DNA of 41,342 nucleotides from positions 1 to 41,342 of the forward strand of contig JAPUES010000249.1 of NCBI GenBank assembly GCA_027492445.1, in the 5' to 3' direction. The position numbers and the translations under genes are program-made. Shown here piece by piece: positions 9,065 through 21,639 of the stretch. The stretch comes from Sporomusaceae bacterium (GTDB taxonomy: Bacteria; Bacillota; Negativicutes; DSM-13327). The notes beneath the pieces are model-generated. The model saw only the letters and a program-made list of their open reading frames with translations, was not told the DNA's origin and searched no databases. The first letter of the stretch is position 1; the number at the start of each line of letters is the position of its first letter.

Positions 9065-12000
9065 TTGTTGGATGTAAATAATTTTGATTCAATGAGGATT
9101 GGGTTGGCTTCTCCGGAACAGATTCGGAAATGGTCCCATGGGGAAGTAAAAAAGCCAGAGACTATAAACTACCGTACACTTAAGCCTGAGCGTGATGGTT
9201 TGTTTTGTGAAAAAATATTTGGTCCAACCCGTGACTGGGAATGTCATTGTGGTAAATATAAGCGTATTCGGTACAAAGGTATTGTCTGCGATCGATGCGG
9301 CGTAGAAGTGACTCGTTCAAAAGTACGCCGTGATCGTATGGGACATATACAACTAGCTGCGCCGGTATCTCATATCTGGTATTTTAAAGGTATACCTAGT
9401 CGTATGGGGCTTATTTTAGATATATCACCTCGGTCTTTAGAAAAGGTGTTATATTTTGCTTCCTATATCGTACTTGATCCTGGTGACACACCACTTATGA
9501 AACGTCAATTATTGACAGAGAATGAGTATCGTGAATACCGAGATAAATATGGCAATGCCTTTAAAGTTGGTATGGGTGCTGAAGCTATTAAAAAACTTCT
9601 TCAAGAATTAGATTTAGAAAAAATGAGCAAAGAGCTCAGACAAGAACTAAAAGAAGTAAGTGGACAACGTAAAATAAGAGCCATTCGCCGTCTTGAAGTA
9701 ACAGAAGCATTTCGTAAGTCGGGTAATCACCCTGATTGGATGATTATGGATATTGTACCTGTCATTCCACCTGAACTGCGCCCGATGGTGCAGCTTGATG
9801 GCGGGCGGTTTGCAACATCTGATCTTAACGATTTATATCGTCGTGTTATCAATCGCAACAATCGCCTGAAACGATTGCTAGATCTTGGTGCTCCTGATAT
9901 TATTGTGCGCAATGAAAAAAGAATGTTACAAGAGGCTGTTGACGCACTGATTGATAATGGTCGCCGTGGTCGCCCGGTTACTGGACCTGGCAATCGTCCT
10001 TTAAAGTCATTAAGTGATATGCTTAAAGGTAAACAAGGACGTTTCCGTCAGAATCTACTAGGTAAACGGGTAGACTACTCTGGACGTTCCGTTATTGTTG
10101 TTGGCCCTGAACTTAAATTACATCAATGTGGTTTGCCCAAAGAAATGGCTTTAGAGTTATTTAAACCTTTTGTTATGAAAAAACTAGTGAATGCTGGTCA
10201 TGCTCATAATATTAAGAGTGCAAAACGCATGGTGGAAAGAGTACGACCAGAAGTATGGGATGTACTAGAAGAAGTTATTAAAGAGCATCCGGTTCTTTTA
10301 AATCGTGCACCAACCTTGCATCGCTTGGGCATTCAAGCCTTTGAACCCGTATTGTCAGAGGGACGTGCTATAAAGCTTCATCCTCTTGTATGTACAGCAT
10401 ACAATGCTGACTTTGATGGTGACCAAATGGCTGTCCATGTACCATTGTCAGCAGAAGCCCAATCAGAGGCGCGAATGCTTATGCTTGCTGCTCATAATAT
10501 CTTGTCAACCAAAGACGGTAAGCCTGTCGTAACACCGACACAAGATATGGTTCTAGGGGCATATTACCTAACCATGGAAAAAGCGGGCGATGTTGGTGAA
10601 GGCAAAATTATGTGCGATATTAATGAAGCCTTGCTTGCTTATCATCAAAAAGAATTGTCACTTCATGCCCTCATCAAAGTGCGTTTTCCTAAGTATGGAT
10701 TAGTAAACACTACGATGGGACGTATGATTTTCAATGAAAGCTTACCTGAAGAAATTCGCTACTTCTTCCAAAAAGATAGCGAATGGCATTTAGGTATTAT
10801 GATGGATAAGAAACAGCTTGGTAAATTGGTAGGCGAGACATATCGGCAGTTTGGTACATCAAGGACTGCTCAAGTTCTTGACAACATTAAACGCCTAGGC
10901 TATTCTTTCGCTTGTCGGGCAGGTATTACGGTTGCCATTTCCGATATAAATATTCCTCCTGAGAAAAAAGATATTCTAGGTACTACAGAAAGCCGTGTTG
11001 ATATTGTAGATAAGCAATATCGTCGTGGTTTGATTACCGAAGATGAAAGATACAAGAAGACCATTGAACTTTGGACAAAAGCGACAGATGATGTTACAAC
11101 AGCAATGATGAACAACTTGGATCGCTTTAACCCAATTTACATGATGGCTAACTCTGGTGCTCGTGGTAACATTCAGCAGATTCGTCAGCTGGCTGGTATG
11201 CGTGGACTCATGGCAGATCCATCTGGTAAAATCATTGACCGTCCGATTAAGGCTAATTTCCGTGAAGGATTGACAGTACTTGAGTACTTTATTTCCACTC
11301 ATGGTGCTCGTAAAGGTTTGGCTGATACGGCTCTTAGAACTGCTGACTCAGGTTATTTGACACGTCGTTTAGTTGACGTATCCCAAGACGTAATTGTCCG
11401 TGAAGATGATTGTGATGTCTTTGGTATTAATCTAGTCAGAGAACGGGCACGACTAGCAAAATCCAGTGCAGGTGCTATTGAGGTATTACGTGAAACACTC
11501 TTAGGTCGTGTATTAGCAGAAGATGTAATAGATCCAGCTACTGGTGAAATACTACTTCCACGCACCACAGTACTTGATGATGATAACTTAAAGCTAATTG
11601 GGGAGAACTCCGTACCTGAAATTATGGTGCGTGGTATGTCAACAACTACGGAAGAAGATATCAATGCTTCTGCATCTAACGAAGTAATTGTTTTGGGTGC
11701 TCCTGAAGAAGAAATGCGCAAAATCCTTAAAAATGCTATGATTCGTGAAATGTTAGGCAAGAATACAACCAATGCTATTACCGATAGTCAAGGCATCGAA
11801 ATTGTTGCTGCCGAGACACCATTAACAGAAGAAGCGATTGAAGCTGTCTTAGTGAGTGATGTTCGTGAAGTAAAAGTACGTAATAATAGCATTCGAGGTA
11901 TTGAAGTTGAAGCAATTACGGAAGGGTCTGGTGTAATTGAGGCTCTTAAAGATCGTATTGTAGGACGTTTTGTGGCAGAAGATATAGCGGATCCTAAAAC

Positions 12001-12997
12001 CGGCGAGCTCATTGTTAAAGTCAATGATACCATTGATGAAGAATTAGCAGACCGTATTGTAGCCGTTCGGGAAACGGTATCCATTCGTTCCGTACTTACC
12101 TGCAGATCTCAATTTGGGGTTTGTATTAAATGTTATGGACGAAACTTAGCAACGGGAGATCCTGTGGATGTTGGCGAAGCAGTTGGTATTATTGCAGCCC
12201 AGTCTATTGGTGAACCAGGTACTCAGCTCACCATGCGTACCTTCCATACTGGTGGTGTCGCTGGTGATGACATAACCCAAGGTCTACCAAGGGTTGAAGA
12301 ATTATTTGAGTCTCGCAAACCGAAACGTCAAGCCATTATTACTGAAATTGACGGTATAGCCCAAGTTGATTTAAAAGAAATCAAAGGTATGCGTAAAATT
12401 ACAGTAACACCAGCCATGGGTGAGGAAGTAGTTTATCCAATACCATATGGTGCACGCATTATTGTTCGTGATGGGCAACAAATTGTAGCAGGTGATCGCT
12501 TAACTGAGGGTTCAGTAAATCCTCATGATATTTTACGGGTATGCGGTATTCAAGCTACGCAACGTTATTTAGTATATGAAGTTCAAAAAGTATACAAATC
12601 TCAGGGTGTAGAAATTAATGATAAACACATTGAAGTAATCGTTCGTCAAATGATGCATAAGGTTAAAGTTGAAGAATCAGGCGACACTGGACTTTTACCA
12701 GGTGAATACATTGATACTAATACCTTTGAAGAAGAAAACGCGAAAGCCATTGAGGCTGGTGGCGAACCGGCAGTAGCACGTCCTATTTTGCTGGGTATCA
12801 CGAAAGCTTCCTTAGCAACAGATTCCTTCTTATCAGCAGCATCCTTCCAAGAAACAACACGTGTTCTTACGGAAGCCGCGATTAAGGGGAAAGTTGATCC
12901 TCTTCTCGGACTTAAAGAAAATGTTATCATCGGAAAACTTATACCTGCAGGTACTGGTATGAGCCGTTATCGTAACATTAAGCTTATCAAATTATAA
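9065..12997 (+). CDS. rpoC: RNA polymerase beta-prime subunit
   Basis: NADFDGD catalytic motif, N-terminal Zn finger, QLTMRTFH trigger loop. Confidence 0.99.
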   Translation: MLDVNNFDSMRIGLASPEQIRKWSHGEVKKPETINYRTLKPERDGLFCEKIFGPTRDWECHCGKYKRIRYKGIVCDRCGVEVTRSKVRRDRMGHIQLAAPVSHIWYFKGIPSRMGLILDISPRSLEKVLYFASYIVLDPGDTPLMKRQLLTENEYREYRDKYGNAFKVGMGAEAIKKLLQELDLEKMSKELRQELKEVSGQRKIRAIRRLEVTEAFRKSGNHPDWMIMDIVPVIPPELRPMVQLDGGRFATSDLNDLYRRVINRNNRLKRLLDLGAPDIIVRNEKRMLQEAVDALIDNGRRGRPVTGPGNRPLKSLSDMLKGKQGRFRQNLLGKRVDYSGRSVIVVGPELKLHQCGLPKEMALELFKPFVMKKLVNAGHAHNIKSAKRMVERVRPEVWDVLEEVIKEHPVLLNRAPTLHRLGIQAFEPVLSEGRAIKLHPLVCTAYNADFDGDQMAVHVPLSAEAQSEARMLMLAAHNILSTKDGKPVVTPTQDMVLGAYYLTMEKAGDVGEGKIMCDINEALLAYHQKELSLHALIKVRFPKYGLVNTTMGRMIFNESLPEEIRYFFQKDSEWHLGIMMDKKQLGKLVGETYRQFGTSRTAQVLDNIKRLGYSFACRAGITVAISDINIPPEKKDILGTTESRVDIVDKQYRRGLITEDERYKKTIELWTKATDDVTTAMMNNLDRFNPIYMMANSGARGNIQQIRQLAGMRGLMADPSGKIIDRPIKANFREGLTVLEYFISTHGARKGLADTALRTADSGYLTRRLVDVSQDVIVREDDCDVFGINLVRERARLAKSSAGAIEVLRETLLGRVLAEDVIDPATGEILLPRTTVLDDDNLKLIGENSVPEIMVRGMSTTTEEDINASASNEVIVLGAPEEEMRKILKNAMIREMLGKNTTNAITDSQGIEIVAAETPLTEEAIEAVLVSDVREVKVRNNSIRGIEVEAITEGSGVIEALKDRIVGRFVAEDIADPKTGELIVKVNDTIDEELADRIVAVRETVSIRSVLTCRSQFGVCIKCYGRNLATGDPVDVGEAVGIIAAQSIGEPGTQLTMRTFHTGGVAGDDITQGLPRVEELFESRKPKRQAIITEIDGIAQVDLKEIKGMRKITVTPAMGEEVVYPIPYGARIIVRDGQQIVAGDRLTEGSVNPHDILRVCGIQATQRYLVYEVQKVYKSQGVEINDKHIEVIVRQMMHKVKVEESGDTGLLPGEYIDTNTFEEENAKAIEAGGEPAVARPILLGITKASLATDSFLSAASFQETTRVLTEAAIKGKVDPLLGLKENVIIGKLIPAGTGMSRYRNIKLIKL

Positions 12998-13006
12998 TAT
13001 TGCAAG

Positions 13007-13056
13007 AAAAGATAAAAGGGCTTAGCTTTTTGGCTAAGCCCTTTTTATCTTTTTTT
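13007..13056 (+). terminator. Terminator after rpoC
   Basis: AAAAGGGCTTAGC-loop-GCTAAGCCCTTTT plus T tract. Confidence 0.9.
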
Positions 13057-13125
13057 AAAATACAGTAAATTTCTATTGAATAGTCGCTATGGTATAAAAA
13101 GTACTGAAAAATTAGTATAAATTCT

Positions 13126-13153
13126 TTGACATATATTTTTAAAGTGATATAAT
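13126..13153 (+). promoter_or_regulatory. Distal sigma-A promoter upstream of the str cluster
   Basis: TTGACA-16 bp-TATAAT with TGn. Confidence 0.65.
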
Positions 13154-13290
13154 TACTGATAGTTACAAGATAAACAATAAATTTGTGCGCCAAATTTGTT
13201 GTTTTATTGCAAAAGCGATACACTAGGGCCCGTGGACATAAAAAAAGCCTATAAATGTAGAGAAAAACAGAATTTATTGAGAGAACTTTG

Positions 13291-13319
13291 TTGACATTGG
13301 GTTTTGATAATGATAAAAT
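13291..13319 (+). promoter_or_regulatory. Proximal sigma-A promoter of ybxF-rpsL
   Basis: TTGACA-17 bp-TAAAAT with TGn. Confidence 0.8.
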
Positions 13320-13375
13320 ATCATAGTGCCCAAGAAAAAAAGCGCATTTGTTTGGTAATTAAGGGAGTGAACCGA

Positions 13376-13621
13376 ATGTCCCTCGACGCATTAAAAACTG
13401 CAAAAAGAGCGATTGGTATTAAACAAGTCACGAAAGCGATTGAAAAAGAGCTGGTGCAAGAAGTATTTATCGCAAAAGACGCTGAACAACGTTTAGTGGA
13501 ACAACTTCAGATGGTGTGTAGTCAAAAAAATGTGGCGGTAGACGTGGAGTTTACGATGATGGAACTAGGAAAGTCTTGCGGCATCGAAGTTGGTGCAGCG
13601 GCGGTAGCGGTCTTGAAGTAA
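13376..13621 (+). CDS. ybxF: L7Ae/YbxF-family K-turn-binding protein
   Basis: IGIKQVTKA, FIAKDA, ELGKSCGIEVGAA; upstream of rpsL; ATG 13376 after AAGGGAGTG. Confidence 0.93.
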   Translation: MSLDALKTAKRAIGIKQVTKAIEKELVQEVFIAKDAEQRLVEQLQMVCSQKNVAVDVEFTMMELGKSCGIEVGAAAVAVLK

Positions 13622-13712
13622 GTTCAATTTCGTTAAATGTTTTGCCTTGGACTATGGTTTTAGGTGAAATTTTTATATAATTAATCAAGAAATTTGGAAG
13701 GGGGTGTAATGA

Positions 13713-14087
13713 ATGCCAACAATTAACCAATTAGTACGCAAAGGTAGAGAATCAATCATAAAAAAATCTACTGCGCCAGCTTTGAAGGAATGTCCACAAA
13801 AGCGTGGTGTATGTACGAGAGTATATACAACTACTCCTAAAAAACCAAACTCTGCACTACGTAAAGTTGCAAGGGTACGTTTAACAAATGGTATTGAAGT
13901 TACGGCATATATTCCTGGTATTGGTCATAACTTACAAGAACATAGTGTTGTGCTAATCAGAGGCGGTAGAATTAAAGACTTACCAGGCGTACGTTATCAC
14001 ATTGTTCGTGGTGCACTTGACACTGCTGGTGTGCAAAAACGTAGCCAAAGTAGATCCAAGTACGGTACAAAACGTGCAAAAAAATAA
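13713..14087 (+). CDS. rpsL: 30S ribosomal protein S12
   Basis: [20 protein letters not shown]. Confidence 0.99.
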   Translation: MPTINQLVRKGRESIIKKSTAPALKECPQKRGVCTRVYTTTPKKPNSALRKVARVRLTNGIEVTAYIPGIGHNLQEHSVVLIRGGRIKDLPGVRYHIVRGALDTAGVQKRSQSRSKYGTKRAKK

Positions 14088-14099
14088 ATAATTAAATAA

Positions 14100-14591
<492 letters not shown>

Positions 14592-14626
14592 TTTTCAATG
14601 TTTGTAATCATTAAGGAGTGATATTA

Positions 14627-16705
14627 GTGGCCAGAAAATTCTCGCTCGAAAAGACGCGAAATATCGGCATCATGGCACATATTGACGCTGGCAAGACCAC
14701 TACGACGGAACGGATACTGTTTTATACTGGCAAGGTACACAAGATTGGTGAAGTGCATGAAGGCGCTGCGACAATGGACTGGATGGTGCAAGAGCAAGAA
14801 AGAGGTATTACCATTACCTCTGCGGCCACTACTTGTCAATGGGCAGAACATCGTATAAACATCATTGACACACCAGGACACGTGGACTTTACTGTAGAAG
14901 TAGAACGCTCGTTAAGAGTGCTAGATGGAGCTGTAGCGGTGTTTTGCGCTAAAGGTGGCGTAGAACCTCAATCAGAAACTGTTTGGCGTCAAGCTGATAA
15001 ATATAGTGTACCGCGTATGGCGTATGTTAATAAAATGGATATCCTTGGTGCTGACTTTTACCGCGTTGTTGGTATGATGAGAGACCGTTTAGGTGCAAAT
15101 GCAGTGCCTGTTCAATTGCCAATCGGTTTTGAACACACTTTCCAAGGTTATGTTGATCTGGTAGAAATGAATGCAGTTATTTACAAAGATGATCTTGGTG
15201 AAAAAACTGAAATCACTGAAATACCAGAAGACATGAAGGAACTTGCTGCGAAGCATCGTCAAGAGCTTTTAGATTCAGTTGCTGAAAGTGATGATGAGCT
15301 AATGATGAAATACTTAGAGGGTGAAGAACTCACTGTCGAAGAAATTAATCGTGGTATTCGTAAAGCTACTATTGCATGTGCAATGACTCCAGTGGTGTGT
15401 GGATCTTCTTACAAAAACAAAGGTGTACAACCACTTTTGGATGCTGTAATAGCATATATGCCATCGCCGTTAGATGTTCCAGCAATTAAAGGTGTTAATC
15501 CTGACACTGAAGTAGCAGATGAACGTGCAGCGGATGATAGCTTGCCGTTTTCAGCATTGGCTTTCAAAATTATGGCGGATCCTTTTGTAGGTAAGCTGGC
15601 GTTCTTTAGAGTGTACTCTGGTACCCTTTCCTCTGGTTCTTATGTATATAATTCGACCAAAGGTAAGAGAGAACGTATTGGACGTATCCTGCAAATGCAT
15701 GCTAATCACCGTGAAGAAATTCAAGAAGTATATACAGGCGATATTGCCGCTGCAGTTGGATTGAAAGATACAACTACTGGTGACACTCTGTGTGATGATA
15801 AAAATCAAATTATTCTTGAACGCATGGTTTTCCCTGAACCAGTTATTTCCGTCGCAGTTGAACCTAAGACGAAAGCTGACCAAGAGAAAATGGGTATTGC
15901 TCTTCAACGATTGGCTGAAGAAGATCCAACTTTCCGTGTTAACACTGACCAAGAAACGGGTCAGACCATTATCTCCGGTGTAGGTGAACTGCATTTAGAG
16001 ATTATTGTTGACCGGATGCTAAGAGAATTCAAAGTTGATTGTAGCGTAGGTAAACCACAAGTTGCTTATCGTGAGACAATCCGTAAAAAAGTTAGAGCGG
16101 AAGGTAAGTTTGTACGTCAGTCCGGTGGTCGTGGTCAATACGGTCATTGCTGGCTTGACATTGAACCTCTTCAGCCTGGTGAAGGGTTTATCTTCGAAAG
16201 TAAAGTTGTTGGTGGATCTATTCCAAGAGAATATATTGCGCCAATCGGTGCTGGTGCTAAAGAAGCAATGGACAACGGTGTTTTAGCGGGTTATCCAATG
16301 GTTGACATTAAGGTAACCGTTATTGAAGGTTCTTACCATGATGTTGACTCATCAGAAATGGCCTTTAAAATTGCTGGTTCCATGGGTTTCAAAGCAGGTT
16401 GTGCTAAAGCTGGCGCTGTAATCTTAGAACCATACATGAAGGTTGAAGTTACAGTTCCAGAAGAATATATGGGTGATGTAATCGGCGATTTGAATTCTCG
16501 TCGTGGTCGTATTGAAGGCATGGAAGCGCGCAATGGCGTTCAAGCAATCAATGCATATGTACCACTAGCGGAAATGTTCGGTTACGTAACGGATTTGCGT
16601 TCTAAAACGCAAGGCCGTGGTAATTACTCAATGGGCTTTGCTCATTATGATGAAGTACCGAAAAGTATTGCAGAAGCGATTATCGCCAAAATTAAAGGCG
16701 TATAA
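14627..16705 (+). CDS. fusA: Elongation factor G
   Basis: [29 protein letters not shown] 14627 after AAGGAG. Confidence 0.99.
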   Translation: MARKFSLEKTRNIGIMAHIDAGKTTTTERILFYTGKVHKIGEVHEGAATMDWMVQEQERGITITSAATTCQWAEHRINIIDTPGHVDFTVEVERSLRVLDGAVAVFCAKGGVEPQSETVWRQADKYSVPRMAYVNKMDILGADFYRVVGMMRDRLGANAVPVQLPIGFEHTFQGYVDLVEMNAVIYKDDLGEKTEITEIPEDMKELAAKHRQELLDSVAESDDELMMKYLEGEELTVEEINRGIRKATIACAMTPVVCGSSYKNKGVQPLLDAVIAYMPSPLDVPAIKGVNPDTEVADERAADDSLPFSALAFKIMADPFVGKLAFFRVYSGTLSSGSYVYNSTKGKRERIGRILQMHANHREEIQEVYTGDIAAAVGLKDTTTGDTLCDDKNQIILERMVFPEPVISVAVEPKTKADQEKMGIALQRLAEEDPTFRVNTDQETGQTIISGVGELHLEIIVDRMLREFKVDCSVGKPQVAYRETIRKKVRAEGKFVRQSGGRGQYGHCWLDIEPLQPGEGFIFESKVVGGSIPREYIAPIGAGAKEAMDNGVLAGYPMVDIKVTVIEGSYHDVDSSEMAFKIAGSMGFKAGCAKAGAVILEPYMKVEVTVPEEYMGDVIGDLNSRRGRIEGMEARNGVQAINAYVPLAEMFGYVTDLRSKTQGRGNYSMGFAHYDEVPKSIAEAIIAKIKGV

Positions 16706-16734
16706 TTTTGAAAAAATAAGGAGGCTAAAACAAA

Positions 16735-17937
16735 ATGGCAAAGAAAAAGTTTGAGAGAAATAAACCACATGTTAACATTGGTACGATTGGTCACGTCGAT
16801 CATGGTAAAACTTCACTAACAGCTGCTATTACAATGACTCTTTCCAAACATGGTGGCGGAACTTTCGTGGCTTATGACATGATTGATAAAGCACCTGAAG
16901 AAAGAGAACGCGGTATTACAATCAATACTGCTCACGTTGAATATGAAACAGAAAAACGTCACTATGCTCACGTTGACTGCCCAGGCCATGCTGACTATGT
17001 TAAAAACATGATCACTGGTGCTGCACAAATGGATGGTGCTATTCTAGTAGTAAGTGCTGCTGATGGTCCTATGCCACAAACACGTGAACATATCCTCTTG
17101 TCTCGTCAAGTTGGCGTACCTTCCATGGTCGTATTCTTGAATAAAGTTGACCTAGTTGATGATGCTGAACTAATTGAACTTGTTGAAATGGAAGTTCGTG
17201 AACTTCTTTCCAGCTATGAGTTCCCTGGTGATGACATTCCTGTAGTTTGTGGTTCCGCTGTACAAGCTCTTAACTGCGCTTGCGCAAGTCGCGATTGCAA
17301 ATGGTGCGGAAAAATATTTGAATTAATGGATGCAGTTGATGAGTATATCCCAACTCCTACTCGTGCAACTGACAGACCATTCTTGATGCCTGTTGAGGAC
17401 GTGTTCACTATTACTGGTCGTGGTACTGTTGCCACTGGTCGTGTAGAACGCGGTGAAATCAAAGTTGGCGAAAACATTGAAATCGTTGGTATGACTGAAA
17501 AACCTAGAAGTGTTGTTGTAACAGGCGTAGAAATGTTCCGCAAACTTCTTGATTCTGCAGTAGCAGGCGATAACATTGGTGCACTTCTTCGTGGTGTTGA
17601 ACGTAAGGACATTGAACGCGGTCAAGTATTAGCAAAACCAGGTTCAATTAAACCTCACACAAAATACAAAGCTGAAGTATATGTACTTTCAAAAGAAGAA
17701 GGCGGACGTCACACTCCATTCTTCACAAACTACCGTCCACAATTCTACTTCCGTACAACAGATGTTACTGGTGTAGTAAATCTGCCAGAAGGTGTAGAAA
17801 TGGTTATGCCTGGTGATAACATTCAAATGTCAATTGAGCTTATTACTCCAATTGCAATTGAAGAAGGTCTACGTTTCGCGATTCGCGAAGGTGGCCGTAC
17901 TGTAGGCGCTGGCGTAGTAACTGCTGTTGAACTTTAA
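16735..17937 (+). CDS. tuf: Elongation factor Tu
   Basis: [28 protein letters not shown]. Confidence 0.99.
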   Translation: MAKKKFERNKPHVNIGTIGHVDHGKTSLTAAITMTLSKHGGGTFVAYDMIDKAPEERERGITINTAHVEYETEKRHYAHVDCPGHADYVKNMITGAAQMDGAILVVSAADGPMPQTREHILLSRQVGVPSMVVFLNKVDLVDDAELIELVEMEVRELLSSYEFPGDDIPVVCGSAVQALNCACASRDCKWCGKIFELMDAVDEYIPTPTRATDRPFLMPVEDVFTITGRGTVATGRVERGEIKVGENIEIVGMTEKPRSVVVTGVEMFRKLLDSAVAGDNIGALLRGVERKDIERGQVLAKPGSIKPHTKYKAEVYVLSKEEGGRHTPFFTNYRPQFYFRTTDVTGVVNLPEGVEMVMPGDNIQMSIELITPIAIEEGLRFAIREGGRTVGAGVVTAVEL

Positions 17938-18001
17938 AATGAAAATTGGGGTGGCTGGTCTCAGCTGCCCCAATAATAAACAGGTAGGCTTTAGTTTTAA
18001 T

Positions 18002-18078
18002 GCGATGACGTGAAAGGTTGCCTGCAATTTGTAGGGGGAAATTTTCACGGAGAATGTCCGTTCTAGAAACTGGGCGAT
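18002..18078 (+). promoter_or_regulatory. Structured S10-operon leader (S10-Clostridia-like r-leader)
   Basis: CGTGAAAGGTT/AATTTTCACG stem with inner CCTGCA/TGTAGG, then a second hairpin abutting the rpsJ SD; family assignment from recollection. Confidence 0.6.
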
Positions 18079-18093
18079 ATAGGAGGAAATACA

Positions 18094-18405
18094 ATGGCTA
18101 AACAACAAAAAATCAGAATTCGTCTTAAAGCATATGATCACAAGGCACTTGATCAAAGTGCGGTGAAAATTGTAGAAACTGCTAAAAGAACTGGTGCTAT
18201 GGTTTCTGGTCCCATTCCACTTCCTACGGAGAAAAATATTTTTACTGTCCTACGTTCACCACATGTCAATAAAGATTCACGGGAGCAATTTGAAATGCGT
18301 ACCCACAAACGTCTAATTGACATTCTTGAACCGACTGCCAAGACCGTTGATGCGTTAATGCGTCTGGATCTTCCGGCTGGCGTGGACATTGAAATCAAGC
18401 TGTAG
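18094..18405 (+). CDS. rpsJ: 30S ribosomal protein S10
   Basis: [29 protein letters not shown]. Confidence 0.99.
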   Translation: MAKQQKIRIRLKAYDHKALDQSAVKIVETAKRTGAMVSGPIPLPTEKNIFTVLRSPHVNKDSREQFEMRTHKRLIDILEPTAKTVDALMRLDLPAGVDIEIKL

Positions 18406-18420
18406 GAGGAGGTGTAATAA

Positions 18421-19062
18421 ATGGCTAAAGTAATTTTAGGTAAAAAACTTGGTATGACGCAAATTTTTACTCCAGATGGTAAAATGATTCCTGTTACTGT
18501 AGTAGAAGCAGGTCACGGCGTGGTGCTGCAAAATAAAACGGTTGAAAATGATGGCTACAATGCAGTGCAGTTAGGCTTCGGCACTGTTAAAGATAAAAAG
18601 GTTACTAGCCCAATGAAAGGTCACTTTGCCAAAGCAGGCGTTAAACCTGTTAAATTCATTCGGGAAGTTAGATTACCTGGTGCATCAGAATATACAGTAG
18701 GTCAAGAAATTGCTGTTGATGTGTTTGCTGAAGGTGATGTAATCGATGTAACTGGTGTTGCCAAAGGTAAAGGTTTTGCTGGTGTTATCAAGCGTTGGAA
18801 CTTTAGACGTGGACCGATGGCCCATGGTTCTAAATCTCACCGTGAACCTGGTTCTATGGGACCACGTATGAGTGGTGGCGGCGGTAAAGTATTCAAAGGC
18901 AAAAAACTACCAGGCCGTATGGGTGGTCAAAAAGTTACTGTACAACGTTTGACGATTGTAAGAGTCGATGCTGAACGTAATTTGATCTTAATCAAAGGTG
19001 GTATTCCTGGACCTAAAGGAAACTTCATGATGATTAAGAGTACTGTAAAACCTAAGAAATAA
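18421..19062 (+). CDS. rplC: 50S ribosomal protein L3
   Basis: [22 protein letters not shown]. Confidence 0.99.
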   Translation: MAKVILGKKLGMTQIFTPDGKMIPVTVVEAGHGVVLQNKTVENDGYNAVQLGFGTVKDKKVTSPMKGHFAKAGVKPVKFIREVRLPGASEYTVGQEIAVDVFAEGDVIDVTGVAKGKGFAGVIKRWNFRRGPMAHGSKSHREPGSMGPRMSGGGGKVFKGKKLPGRMGGQKVTVQRLTIVRVDAERNLILIKGGIPGPKGNFMMIKSTVKPKK

Positions 19063-19143
19063 TCTTGCGGGTTCGTTGATTTGTGGCTAGTTTAGCTTAT
19101 ATTCAAATCTCGAACCTGGAACCACGAAAGGAGGATGTGCTAT

Positions 19144-19773
19144 ATGCCGATAGTAGCAGTATATGATATCACTGGAGCAAAAACCAGTGAGATGGAATTA
19201 AATGATAGCGTTTTTGGCGTAGATGTTAATGAATCTGTATTACATCAAGCTGTAGTAATGCAATTGGCCAGCCAACGTTTAGGTACAGCTTCAACTAAAA
19301 CCAGAGGTTTTGTGCGCGGTGGTGGTAAAAAGCCATGGAAACAAAAGGGCACAGGTCGTGCTCGTGCTGGTAGTATTCGTTCCCCATTATGGGTAGGTGG
19401 TGGTACTGTATTTGGTCCACACCCACGTTCTTATGCTTTTAGAATGCCACGTAAACAACGTCGCTTAGCGATTAAATCCGCGTTGACAGCTAAATTGCAA
19501 GATGGAGAACTAGTTGTATTAGATACTATTAATTTTGATGCACCAAAAACAAAAAGTGTACTAAAATTAATGAGCGACTTTAATGTAGCTAACAAAAAGG
19601 TTTTGATCGTTACAGCAGATATGCTGGAAAACGTTGAAAAATCAGCTCGTAATATTCCAGGAGTAAAAGCTATTCCTGCTTCTAGCAGTCTTAACGTATA
19701 CGACCTTTTGTACCATGATAAAGTGTTCGTTACAAAAGAAGCAATTACTCGTATTGAGGAGGTTCTGGTATAA
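19144..19773 (+). CDS. rplD: 50S ribosomal protein L4
   Basis: [17 protein letters not shown] 19144 after AAGGAGG. Confidence 0.99.
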   Translation: MPIVAVYDITGAKTSEMELNDSVFGVDVNESVLHQAVVMQLASQRLGTASTKTRGFVRGGGKKPWKQKGTGRARAGSIRSPLWVGGGTVFGPHPRSYAFRMPRKQRRLAIKSALTAKLQDGELVVLDTINFDAPKTKSVLKLMSDFNVANKKVLIVTADMLENVEKSARNIPGVKAIPASSSLNVYDLLYHDKVFVTKEAITRIEEVLV

Positions 19774-20060
19774 TGCAAAATTTGCGTGATGTACTGATTC
19801 GCCCCCTTATTACTGAGAAAACCAATGCTATGATGCAAGACAACAAATATACTTTCGTTGTGCCTTTAAAGGCCAATAAAGTACAAGTTCGTCAAGCAGT
19901 TGAAAGTATTTTCAAAGTAAAAGTATTGGCTGTTAATACCATTCGTGTAATGGGTAAAACCAAGCGTATGGGCAAGACTGAGGGTAAGCGTCCAGATTAT
20001 AAAAAAGCAATCGTAAAACTGGCTCCTGGCCAGACGATAGAATTCTTTGAAGGTGTATAA
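19773..20060 (+). CDS. rplW: 50S ribosomal protein L23
   Basis: PLITEK, KKAIVKL. Confidence 0.98.
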   Translation: MQNLRDVLIRPLITEKTNAMMQDNKYTFVVPLKANKVQVRQAVESIFKVKVLAVNTIRVMGKTKRMGKTEGKRPDYKKAIVKLAPGQTIEFFEGV

Positions 20061-20090
20061 CCTGTAATTTTTTAAAAAGGAGGGGCAACA

Positions 20091-20924
20091 ATGGCAGTAA
20101 AAAGCTTTAAACCATATACTCCAAGTAGACGATTTATGACAGTATCCAGTTTTGATGAAATTACTACAGATAAGCCAGAACGTTCATTAATTGAGCGCTT
20201 GCAGCAACATGCTGGTCGTAATAATCAAGGCCGTATGACTGTTAGACATCAAGGTGGCGGTCATAAACGTCAATACCGGATTATAGATTTTAAACGCAAC
20301 AAAGATGGAATTGTCGCTAAAGTAGCAACCATCGAATATGATCCTAATCGCTCAGCTAATATTGCGTTACTTCACTATGCAGATGGCGAAAAACGTTATA
20401 TTTTGGCTCCTAATGGCCTTAAAGTTGATGATAAAATAATGAGTGGTCCTGAAGCGGATATTAAAGTGGGTAATGCGTTACCAATTAAAAATATTCCTGT
20501 AGGTACTTCACTTCACAATATTGAGCTAAAAATTGGTAAGGGCGGACAAATGGTTCGTTCTGCTGGTGGATCAGCACAATTAATGGCAAAAGAAGGCGAT
20601 CATGCTCTTCTAAGACTACCTTCTGGTGAATTACGCAAAGTGCATATTAATTGCAAAGCGACAATTGGTCAAGTTGGTAACTTAGAGCATGAAAACATCA
20701 CTAGCGGTAAAGCTGGTCGTTCCCGTTGGCTCGGCATACGTCCTGCAAACCGTGGTGTGGCAATGAATCCTTGTGACCATCCACATGGTGGTGGTGAAGG
20801 TCATTCCCCTGTTGGTCGTAAACATCCTGTTACTCCTTGGGGTAAACATGCTATGGGTGTTAAGACTCGTCGTAATAAAACATCAGATAAGATGATTGTA
20901 AAAAGACGCACGAAAAATAAATAA
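20091..20924 (+). CDS. rplB: 50S ribosomal protein L2
   Basis: [24 protein letters not shown]. Confidence 0.99.
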   Translation: MAVKSFKPYTPSRRFMTVSSFDEITTDKPERSLIERLQQHAGRNNQGRMTVRHQGGGHKRQYRIIDFKRNKDGIVAKVATIEYDPNRSANIALLHYADGEKRYILAPNGLKVDDKIMSGPEADIKVGNALPIKNIPVGTSLHNIELKIGKGGQMVRSAGGSAQLMAKEGDHALLRLPSGELRKVHINCKATIGQVGNLEHENITSGKAGRSRWLGIRPANRGVAMNPCDHPHGGGEGHSPVGRKHPVTPWGKHAMGVKTRRNKTSDKMIVKRRTKNK

Positions 20925-20969
20925 GCCTAAGTGTTAGGGCTAACCGGATAGAGAAGGGAGGCTAATCAA

Positions 20970-21251
20970 GTGTCCAGATCAATTAAAAAAGGACCTTATG
21001 TTCATGCAAGCGTAATGAAAAAAATCGATGCTATGAACGAAGCAGGCGAGAAAAAAGTTTTCAAGACCTGGTCGCGTAGTTCTACCATTCTTCCTAACTT
21101 CGTTGGACATACTGTTGCGGTACATGATGGACGTAAACATGTTCCTGTTTATATGACGGAAGATATGGTAGGTCACAAACTAGGTGAATTTGCACCTACT
21201 CGGACGTACAAAGGTCATTCTGGTTCAGAAAAATCCACATCATTACGGTAA
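20970..21251 (+). CDS. rpsS: 30S ribosomal protein S19
   Basis: [17 protein letters not shown]. Confidence 0.99.
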   Translation: MSRSIKKGPYVHASVMKKIDAMNEAGEKKVFKTWSRSSTILPNFVGHTVAVHDGRKHVPVYMTEDMVGHKLGEFAPTRTYKGHSGSEKSTSLR

Positions 21252-21284
21252 TTGGGTGATAGTTACTGGAAAGGGGGCTAGTAT

Positions 21285-21617
21285 ATGGAAGCTAAAGCAA
21301 TTGCTAGACATATTCGCATTGCACCACGTAAAATTAGAGTCGTTATTGATCTAATTCGTGGGAAAAACATTGGTGACGCGTATGCAATATTAAAACATAC
21401 GCCTAAAATTGGATCAGAAGTTCTTTTAAAAGTACTTGAATCAGCTATTGCAAATGCAGAGCATAATTATGATATGAACTCTGATAAGCTCTATGTTGCC
21501 GCCGCGTTTGTTGACCAAGGACCTACCTTGAAACGCATTCATCCGCGGTCTCGTGGTCAAGCTTTTAAAATTTTGAAACGCAGCAGTCACGTGACAGTTG
21601 TTGTAAAAGAAAGATAA
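21285..21617 (+). CDS. rplV: 50S ribosomal protein L22
   Basis: [20 protein letters not shown]. Confidence 0.99.
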   Translation: MEAKAIARHIRIAPRKIRVVIDLIRGKNIGDAYAILKHTPKIGSEVLLKVLESAIANAEHNYDMNSDKLYVAAAFVDQGPTLKRIHPRSRGQAFKILKRSSHVTVVVKER

Positions 21618-21639
21618 CTGGTGAAGGAGGTAAAACAAA

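Noticed and set aside
12987..13223. 78-aa minus-strand ORF in the rpoC-ybxF spacer
   Set aside because: AT-rich composition, overlaps terminator and promoter, no RBS
13713..14087. S12 RIKD instead of RVKD; possible streptomycin resistance
   Set aside because: Both key lysines (PKKPNS and KDL) are intact; V-to-I is conservative
17945..17974. Strong hairpin after tuf as a terminator
   Set aside because: No downstream U tract and no clear promoter before rpsJ; more likely a stability or processing hairpin in a read-through transcript
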